From: Planctomycetota bacterium
Lineage (GTDB): Bacteria > Planctomycetota > UBA1135 > UBA2386
NCBI GenBank assembly: GCA_041164325.1
Contig: JBEAPQ010000326.1
Span: 1 to 55,460, forward strand
Length of the DNA: 55,460 nt
Direction of reading: 5' to 3'
Part shown: positions 37,074-44,400 of the stretch, one piece after another
Numbering within the stretch: position 1 is the stretch's first letter
How the letters are laid out: every line of letters begins with the position of its first letter
The notes under the pieces: model-generated
What the model was told of the DNA's origin: nothing
The model's database searches: none
Seen by the model: the letters and a program-made list of their open reading frames with translations, nothing else
Program-made: the position numbers and the translations under genes

Positions 37074-39734
37074 ATGAACATCCGCAAGGAGCCCGCCCTC
37101 TTCGTCGTGGTCGCCGCGCTGGCGGCCTGGATCTGGTCCGGGCAGTCCACGCAGCGCCTCCCGCGCTCGGCCAACACGCGCTCCATGGAGCTCGAAGCCG
37201 CCGCCGACCCGGCCGTCGTCCTCGCGGACCTCGCCGGTCGTGAAGCGGCCGCGAGCGGTCGGGACCTGTTCCGCGAGCCGACCGAGGCCACTCCGCTCCC
37301 GCCGCGCGACCTGCCGTTCCCGCCACTCGTCGCGCTGCCGGTCGTCGCGATGCCGCTGTCGCCCGGCCAGGACGCCGGTGCCTGGTACCAGCTGCGGATC
37401 GACGGGGGCGACCCGACGCCGCACGAGTTCGCGGCGCCGGCCGCGTCCGCCGGCGGCAACGAGTCGGGCGACCTCGGTCCCGGAGGCGGCGAGTCCGACC
37501 AGGGCCTCCCGGACGAGGTGATGATCGAGCGCTTCGATCGGATCTGGCTGGTCGGTGGGGGGCGTCCGTTCTTCGGCAACATCCTCCACCAGGACAAGCT
37601 GTCGCTGCCCCCGGGCGGCCCTTTCCTCGAGACGGTCCGGTTCGAGAGCGTGTCGCGCCAGACCGGCCGCGTCAGCGGGACGCTCGAGTTCGAGCCCGCG
37701 AAGGTCGAACGGATCGCGTTCGCGGAGAGCCTCGAGAACGCGATCGCGCTGCGGAAGCGGGACCTGCCGACCGGGCCTGCCGGGCTCGTGCCGCGCGAGG
37801 AGTTCCTGCGCTTCCTGCTCGATGCCGCGCGCGAGCGCGAGTGGGTGTGGAAGGAGGCGGAGGAGCAGGCCGCGGCCATCTTCGCGGTCGCTCCCGACGA
37901 GGGCTACCGCGCGAAGCTGCGCGTCCAGCGCGCCAAGGGTGACCTGGCCGCCGAGCTCGCGATCTTCCAGGACCTGCCGACGGACCTCGCGGACAGCGCG
38001 GCACGTTGGCGTGAGCAGGGAAGCTTCGAGGCGCGCCTCGGCCTGCCGAAGGACGCCGAGGAGCACCTCCGCCTCGCGGTGACGAAGGGGCCGACCGACG
38101 CCCGTTCGAACGCGGCTCTCGCCGAGTTCCTCCTCGCGCGCGGGCGCAGCGAAGAGGCCGTGCCCTTCGCGGAGGCCGCCGCGCGCAGCGCGGCCCAGGT
38201 CACGGACGAAGGCGACCGTTTCGACGTGATCCGCACGTGGGTCGCCGCGCTGCTCGCCGTCGGGCGTGTCGAGGATGCCCAGCTGGCGGTGACCCGCGCG
38301 ACGACCGGGCCTGGTGCCGAGCAGGCCTACCTGCGGGGTGCGGTCCACTACGCGAGCGGCGAACTCGAGCAGGCGGTGACGCAGTTCGAGAAGGCGGCCG
38401 ACGAGCTGCCGCGCCTCGACGCGGTGCTCGGTCTCGGCGCCTGCGCGCTCCGGGAGGGTCGCTTCGACGAGGCGCGCCAGCTCTTCGAGCGCGTCCGGGA
38501 CGAAGCGCCGGCCCTCCGTGGACGCGCGCTCGCCGGTCTGGGGCTCTTGTACGAGCGGACCGGGCACGCCGCCGAGTCGGCCGAGGCCCTGACGGCGGCC
38601 GAAGCCGCGGCGCCCCGCGATCCGTACGTCCTCTACCTGCTCGGTCGGCGCCAGCGCCTCGACGGCCAGCTGGAGGATGCGGTGACCACCGAGCGGCGCG
38701 CGCTGGCCGAACGGGACGAACTCGTCGAAGCGCTCGCCGAGATCGCGCGCGCCCAGCTGGCGCGGGTCGACGCGGCCGACGGTGACGCCGCGGAGATCCT
38801 GGCCCGGACGGTCCGCTACGTGGATCGTCTCGTCGGCCTCGACCAGGCACGCGGTCGCCACGTGCCCTTCCTCGAACTCCAGGGCTACGTGCTGGCCCGG
38901 ATCGGGGATGTCGCCCAGGCGCGGCGCGCCTTCGCGGCGGGCTACGAAGCGCAGAGCAGCTTCTGTGAGGTCGGTCTGGCGCTCCTCGACTACCGGCAGA
39001 AGCGGGTCGGTGACGCGCGGCAGAAGCTCGCGCAGCTCTCGGCGGACCCGAGCCGGGGCGGTGAGATCCGCGAGTTCGCGCGGGCGACCGTCGACCTGAT
39101 CGACGACCACGCGAGCAAGGAGCTGGTCCGGGACACGTTCGACCGTGACGTGCTCGGCGATCTCTGGACGCGCATCGGATCGCTCGCGCCCGTGCTGCGC
39201 GACCAGCAGCTGACCTTCCGCGGTCAGAGTGGGCGCGTCGGGGAGGATTCAGCGGTGCGCCGCGTGGTCCGCGCCGGCGACTTCCTCCGCTGCGAGGTCC
39301 GGATGGACATCCTCGGCGACCTCGGAACGACCGAGTTCGCGGGCCTGCGCCTCACGCCCGAGACGCAGCGTGGCGGCAGCTTCCAGGTCGAGCTCGGCCT
39401 CAAGAGCTACGGTGCCAACCGGCAGCCCGAACTCCGCCTCGTCGATGGTCCGCCCGCCCGCGAGGACTCGGTGACGGTCAAGCCCCTCGACGTCGAGGTC
39501 GGCGTCGGCCAGCCCGTCGTCCTCGCCGTCGAGTTCGTGCAGGCGATCGATGCGAGCGACAAGAGCCTGACGCTGCGCGTGCTCTGGAACGGTGAGGTCG
39601 TCGACGAGCGTCCGATCAAGACGCTGCGCTCGAACTCCGCCCAGCCGCTGGCGACCGACTTCGTGGTCCGCGGTCGCCCTGTCCACGTCCGCTTCGACGA
39701 CTACCGGCTCGAGCGCCGGAAGGAGACCCGATGA
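37074..39734 (+). CDS. Large bitopic TPR-repeat protein with a C-terminal beta-sandwich domain
   Basis: 886 aa with N-terminal TM helix ALFVVVAALAAWIW, a Pro-rich linker and many TPR-like helical repeats (for example AEFLLARGRSEEAVPFAEAAA and YLLGRRQRLDGQLEDAV). The C-terminal ~200 aa are beta-rich and end in VHVRFDDYRLERR. Confidence 0.75.
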   Translation: MNIRKEPALFVVVAALAAWIWSGQSTQRLPRSANTRSMELEAAADPAVVLADLAGREAAASGRDLFREPTEATPLPPRDLPFPPLVALPVVAMPLSPGQDAGAWYQLRIDGGDPTPHEFAAPAASAGGNESGDLGPGGGESDQGLPDEVMIERFDRIWLVGGGRPFFGNILHQDKLSLPPGGPFLETVRFESVSRQTGRVSGTLEFEPAKVERIAFAESLENAIALRKRDLPTGPAGLVPREEFLRFLLDAAREREWVWKEAEEQAAAIFAVAPDEGYRAKLRVQRAKGDLAAELAIFQDLPTDLADSAARWREQGSFEARLGLPKDAEEHLRLAVTKGPTDARSNAALAEFLLARGRSEEAVPFAEAAARSAAQVTDEGDRFDVIRTWVAALLAVGRVEDAQLAVTRATTGPGAEQAYLRGAVHYASGELEQAVTQFEKAADELPRLDAVLGLGACALREGRFDEARQLFERVRDEAPALRGRALAGLGLLYERTGHAAESAEALTAAEAAAPRDPYVLYLLGRRQRLDGQLEDAVTTERRALAERDELVEALAEIARAQLARVDAADGDAAEILARTVRYVDRLVGLDQARGRHVPFLELQGYVLARIGDVAQARRAFAAGYEAQSSFCEVGLALLDYRQKRVGDARQKLAQLSADPSRGGEIREFARATVDLIDDHASKELVRDTFDRDVLGDLWTRIGSLAPVLRDQQLTFRGQSGRVGEDSAVRRVVRAGDFLRCEVRMDILGDLGTTEFAGLRLTPETQRGGSFQVELGLKSYGANRQPELRLVDGPPAREDSVTVKPLDVEVGVGQPVVLAVEFVQAIDASDKSLTLRVLWNGEVVDERPIKTLRSNSAQPLATDFVVRGRPVHVRFDDYRLERRKETR

Positions 39735-40417
39735 TCCGATCGACGCCCCGTGGCTCCGTGCGGTCGTCCGCCGGCTTCACGCTGATCGAGCTCCTCGTCG
39801 TGATCGCGATCATCGGCACGCTCGTGGTCGCGTTCGCGCCAGCCCTGTCCGGCATGCTCGGGCGTGGCGACGAGGCCGAGACCGAGGCGCGCCAGATCGA
39901 GCTCGCGTCGATGGTGGAGTCCTACCAGCGCTACTACGGCGAGTACCCGCCGGACGACCTCAGCATCATCGTCAAGGACAAGCAGGCCAGCTGGCAGTTC
40001 GGCGCCGACAACGGCAAGAACACCGGCATCGAGTCGCTCGTCCTGCACCTGAGCTTCGATGCGAAGGCCGGCGGCAAGCTCGACGAGCGCATGGAGTGGC
40101 TCGCGAACACCGACGGTGACAAGACGCCGGTCGACGTCCCGCTGCTCGGCGGCCGCTCGCGCTACGAGATCGTCGACTCGTGGGGGACGCCGTTCGCCTA
40201 CTTCTCGGCGACGTGCGGCAGCGCCTACCAGGGCCGTCAGGTGATCCTGGGCGCGACGATCGAGGGCGCGGATGCGCTCGAGGTCTTCGCCCGCCCGTGG
40301 AAGCATCCCGAGACCGGCCAGTGGCTGAACCCGCGGAAGTTCCAGATCGTGTCCGCGGGGCCCGACCTGTCGTTCAACACGGACGACGACATCGTCTACC
40401 CGACGGTCCCGAGGTGA
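39731..40417 (+). CDS. gspG: Type II secretion major pseudopilin GspG-like
   Basis: Class III signal/N-methylation site SAGFTLIELLVVIAIIGTLV with Glu at +5. The GspG-like body has DSWGTPFAYFS and VSAGPDLSFNTDDDIVY. The ATG overlaps the TPR gene stop (ATGA). Confidence 0.85.
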   Translation: MIRSTPRGSVRSSAGFTLIELLVVIAIIGTLVVAFAPALSGMLGRGDEAETEARQIELASMVESYQRYYGEYPPDDLSIIVKDKQASWQFGADNGKNTGIESLVLHLSFDAKAGGKLDERMEWLANTDGDKTPVDVPLLGGRSRYEIVDSWGTPFAYFSATCGSAYQGRQVILGATIEGADALEVFARPWKHPETGQWLNPRKFQIVSAGPDLSFNTDDDIVYPTVPR

Positions 40418-40421
40418 CGCG

Positions 40422-41444
40422 TTGATCGCCCGTCCGTCCCATCCGCGCGGGGCGCGCGCGCCCGCCTGCGCCGCCGCGCATGCGGCGGGCTTCACGCTCC
40501 TCGAGATGCTCGTCGTCATGGCGCTGATCGGCGTCCTGATGGGGATGGGCGTCGGCTTCCTCCGCCGGACGGGAGACGACTTCGAGATCGCGCTCGCGGC
40601 CATCCGGGCCGAGACGCGCGCCGCGCAGCTGACCGCGCGGACCCGACACCTGCCGGCCGAGGTCGTGCTCGATCCCGGCCAGGACGGCCCGGCGTCGGTT
40701 CGCGCCCGCATCCTCGAGCCGGTCGGCCACTGGCACATGGAGGAGGACCCGCGCGACGACGAGAGTGCGGGCGTGCCTTCGGAGGTCCGCGGCACCGTCG
40801 AGCCCGGGCGCTTCGGCATGGCCCGTCGCTCCGAGGAGTCCTCCCGCAGCGCGCTCCTCACCGTGCGCGCCGGCACGCTCCCGGTCTTCGACCTCCGCGA
40901 CGGGTTCGCGATCCGCGTCGACCTGAAGCTCGAAGCCGCCGAGGAAGCGGTGATCGCGCGTCTGGGTGAGGGGTTCGTCGACCTGCGTCTGGACGCCGAC
41001 CTGCGGCCGGTCGCGAAGATCGTCGGCACCGAGGGCGGCGGGCGTTCGGCTGGGTCCGTGACCCTGGCGGGCACGCGGGCGCTCTCGCTCCACGCGTGGC
41101 ACACGCTGGAGCTCGTCCACGACCGTTCGCACCTGCGCCTGCTGCTCGACGGTCGTGAGATCGGACGCGAGACAGCGCGCCTGCCGGTCCTGCAGTCTGC
41201 GTCGGACGTCTTCGAGGTCTCCCCCGCGGACGGTCCCGTGCAGGGACTCGTCGACGAGGTCCTCGTCCTGGCCTACACGCTCTCCCCTCCGCAGAGGATG
41301 CCGGTCGGACTCCAGCTCGCTGCCGATCCGTCGGTCGTCCGCTTCGACGCCGAGGGCGATCTCGACGGCCCCTGCGCGTTCCGACTGACCGTCGAAGACG
41401 ACACGCGGTCCTACCGCTTCGGCCCCGGAGGAGTGATCGAATGA
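40422..41444 (+). CDS. Pseudopilin with a LamG/concanavalin-like domain (occupies the GspH position)
   Basis: Prepilin N-terminus AAGFTLLEMLVVMALIGVLMG. LamG_3-like hallmarks are VGHWHMEEDP, GFAIRVDLKL, WHTLELVHDRSHLRLLLDGREIG and VDEVLVLAYTLSPPQ. The start is TTG. Confidence 0.8.
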   Translation: MIARPSHPRGARAPACAAAHAAGFTLLEMLVVMALIGVLMGMGVGFLRRTGDDFEIALAAIRAETRAAQLTARTRHLPAEVVLDPGQDGPASVRARILEPVGHWHMEEDPRDDESAGVPSEVRGTVEPGRFGMARRSEESSRSALLTVRAGTLPVFDLRDGFAIRVDLKLEAAEEAVIARLGEGFVDLRLDADLRPVAKIVGTEGGGRSAGSVTLAGTRALSLHAWHTLELVHDRSHLRLLLDGREIGRETARLPVLQSASDVFEVSPADGPVQGLVDEVLVLAYTLSPPQRMPVGLQLAADPSVVRFDAEGDLDGPCAFRLTVEDDTRSYRFGPGGVIE

Positions 41445-44400
41445 TGCAGAGGCGTGCCGCTGAATCGGGCCTCGCGCTCGTCGCCGTCCTCGTCGCGCTC
41501 GGTGTCCTGCTGGCGATGGCTGCGCCGTTCCTGCTCAGCATGGGTCACGGGGACGCCGCGTCGCGGGCGCGGGTCGACGAGGTCCACGCCGACTGGGGTT
41601 CGGCCTCGGCGCGGGATGCACTGCTCCAGACGGCGGCCAGCGGCGCGTCTGCGTTCGATCCGAGCCCGAACGCCGACGGGCGCGACGAGTACCCCGGAAC
41701 GCTCGAACTCCCGGCGGGTTTCGAAGGCATCACGTCGACTCCCGGGGGGCGGACGGTGCTCCAGGGCAGCGTCGAAGACCTCTCCCGGCGCATCGACCTG
41801 CACTCGGCGACGCCGCTGGTCCTGGCGAACCTGCTCGGACTCGCGGTGCGCGTCCGCGGTGAAGTGGAGCTCGACGCGGCCGAGATCCCCGTCGATGGCC
41901 CGCTCGATGCGTTCCCCGAGTCGGGCTACCTGATCTGCCAGCGCGAGGTCATCCGCTACGAGGGGCGCGACGGCAGCCGGTTCTTCGGACTGACCCGCGG
42001 GGCGTTCGCGGAACTCGGTTTCCTGCCGGCCCAGCTGCTGCCCGACCACAAGTTGGACGAGGACGCGCTGGTCATGGACTTCCGCTGCGTCCTCGCGGTC
42101 ACGTGGCCGTTCCGCGGCTACGGCGATCCGGGGCGCTACGTGCCCTACGGCTCGGTCGCGGAGCTGCAGCGCATCCAGGAGGGCGGGTTCCCCGGCTTCG
42201 AGGCGCGAGAGATCGAGGCGCTCGCGCGCTTCACGACGACCGTCGCCCTCCACGACCGCAGCGCCCGCTTCGGCAAGGGCGAGCGCGTCTTCGAGATCCT
42301 CAGCGACGAGCTGCAGCAGCCGCGCATCCTGCAGGTGAAGTCGAACCTCGGGCTCGGCCCCGGGCGCGTCGTCCGCATCCGCAGTCTCGACGGGCAGTGG
42401 GTCGAGTACGGCCTCGTCTGGGACACGATCGGGCGCGGCAATCGCGGCACCTACAACCTGTCGTCGCGCCAGTACGTCGCGCTGCTCCAGCCGCTGAGCA
42501 TGCCGTTCGTGCCGGTCGATACCGTCGTCGAGCCGTTGGTCCAGGTGCCGGTCAACATCAACACCGCGGCTCCGGAAGTGCTCACGGCCCTGTTCGCGCA
42601 CGCGCGCCGGCAGGTCTCCGGCGCCAACCGCGAAGACGGCGCGACCCGGCTCCCGCCGGTGATCCGGCGTCGCGATGCCGCCAACCTCGCGACGCAGATG
42701 ACCATGCTGCGCGGCGACGACGCGGAGCTCGTGGAGGCGTTCGACCGCGACGAGAACCGGCCGTCCGGGTTCGGGAACGTCGACATGACCCCGCGACCGT
42801 TCGACGGGTTCGAGGACCTGGCCCAGCGGTTCGTGCCGATGATCCTGGGCGCCGGGGCTTCGGACTCGATGGACCAGCGCCGCCTCGTGCTGGGCGTCTA
42901 CGACGCTCTGCAGATCGGCTGCCCGGGGTCGATGGAGCAGGGGACGATGCCGGTGGCGTTCCGCTCGTCGCCGCTCGTCGGCTACCGGGCGAGCGCCTCG
43001 CGCCGCCGGTTCAGCGGCCTCGAGGCGGCGCGCCGCGAGCGCGAAGGGGTGGCGCTCGCCCTTCCCGGCGACCAGCTGTTCTGGGGTGGAGCGACGCAGG
43101 AGGCGCTGGACGAAGCGTTCCGGCTCGACCGGCGGACGCCGTTCTGGCAGACGTGGCCGATCAACACGTCCGCGGTCCCCAACGGGCAGCAGGACATGGT
43201 GCCGCCGCTGCGGACTTCGGCCCACCTGCTGGCGACGCTGTTCCCGAACGCCGGTTTCGGCGAGCCGCGGTTCGCCGATCGGTCGGGCACCGAAGCCGAG
43301 CTCCGGCCCCAGCCGGGCGTGGCTCCGATCGGTTACGGCGGCAACCTCGTCGGTCATGACGCATTCATGACGGCGCGGCACCCCGAGGGGCGCGTCCTCG
43401 CGACCGAGGGGCCCTACCGGGCGAGCAACGTCGGCCCACGCATGGCCGGCGTGTCCGAACCGAGCGGCCAGCGGGACCACTCCCGCGTGTCGTTCCCGAT
43501 GACGACGATCGGTGGCGTGTCTTCGCGGCACGCGGTGTCGTTCTGGTTGCGTCTCGACGACACCGGCCCGCAGGTCCTGTACGACGAGGCCTCGGTCGGA
43601 GAGGCTCCCGAGCGCAACCGCTACCTCGTCGAGATCCGCGACGGGATGCTGACCTACGAGGTCCGGGATGACGCCGGGCTCGACCCCGACGCGGCTGCTT
43701 CGCCCTACGCGCCGAATCCCTCGAGCGCCATCTGGCAGGCTCCGCTCGAGTCGCTCGATCTGGTCCAGGGCACCTGGTACCACATCACGGCGAGTGCCGT
43801 CGGCAACCGGCCCGGTCAGCTGTCGTTCGTCGTCGACGGCGTGCCGCGCGGGGAGCCTCGGATGCGGACCTACACGACCGCGGAGATCCCGGTCTACCAG
43901 GAAGACCGCGGCGTGCCGACGTTCCTCGCCGACTCCGATCGGTTCATCACGATCCAGGTCGAGGACGCGAGCGACTTCCCGCAGCGCGGCGTGCTCCGGA
44001 TCGGCGGCGAGCTCTTCGAATACAGTGCGCGCGACGACGGCGCGTTCTACTGCCGCTACGACGACTCGGTCGGCGGGCGACGCGCGCGGGCCACGATGCG
44101 TGAGTTCGCGATCAACGTTCCGGAGAACGGGGAGGGTGACCCGCGTCAGGATCTGCTCGCCATCGTCAACGGGGACCTCGAAGCGGTCGTCCCGAACCAC
44201 CCGTCTGGCTCCGCCGTCGAGCTCTACGGCTACGCCATCCCGGTCTACCCGCGGCGCATCCTGATCCCGGGTGGGGCACGCCTGACGGACAGCCTCGGCG
44301 CGTTCTCGATCGCACGCGCGGTCAACCGGGCCGGGATCAATCCGATCACGATCGACGTCGCGAACCGTAACCCGATCCTGATCGGAGAGGGGTTCGACGA

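Noticed and set aside
32089-37326. 1745-aa stop-free ORF on the minus strand, spanning the FHA, PilM-N and PilO-like genes and the start of the TPR gene
   Set aside because: It is an antisense shadow ORF. Its translation is Arg/Ala/Gly/Pro/Asp-rich low complexity with no recognisable domain, whereas the plus strand encodes clear FHA and PilM/N domains. The three plus-strand genes start at 32485, 34570 and 36229 and share one reading frame. In this GC-rich codon usage the sense codons that would create antisense stops (TTA, CTA, TCA) are nearly absent, which explains the length.
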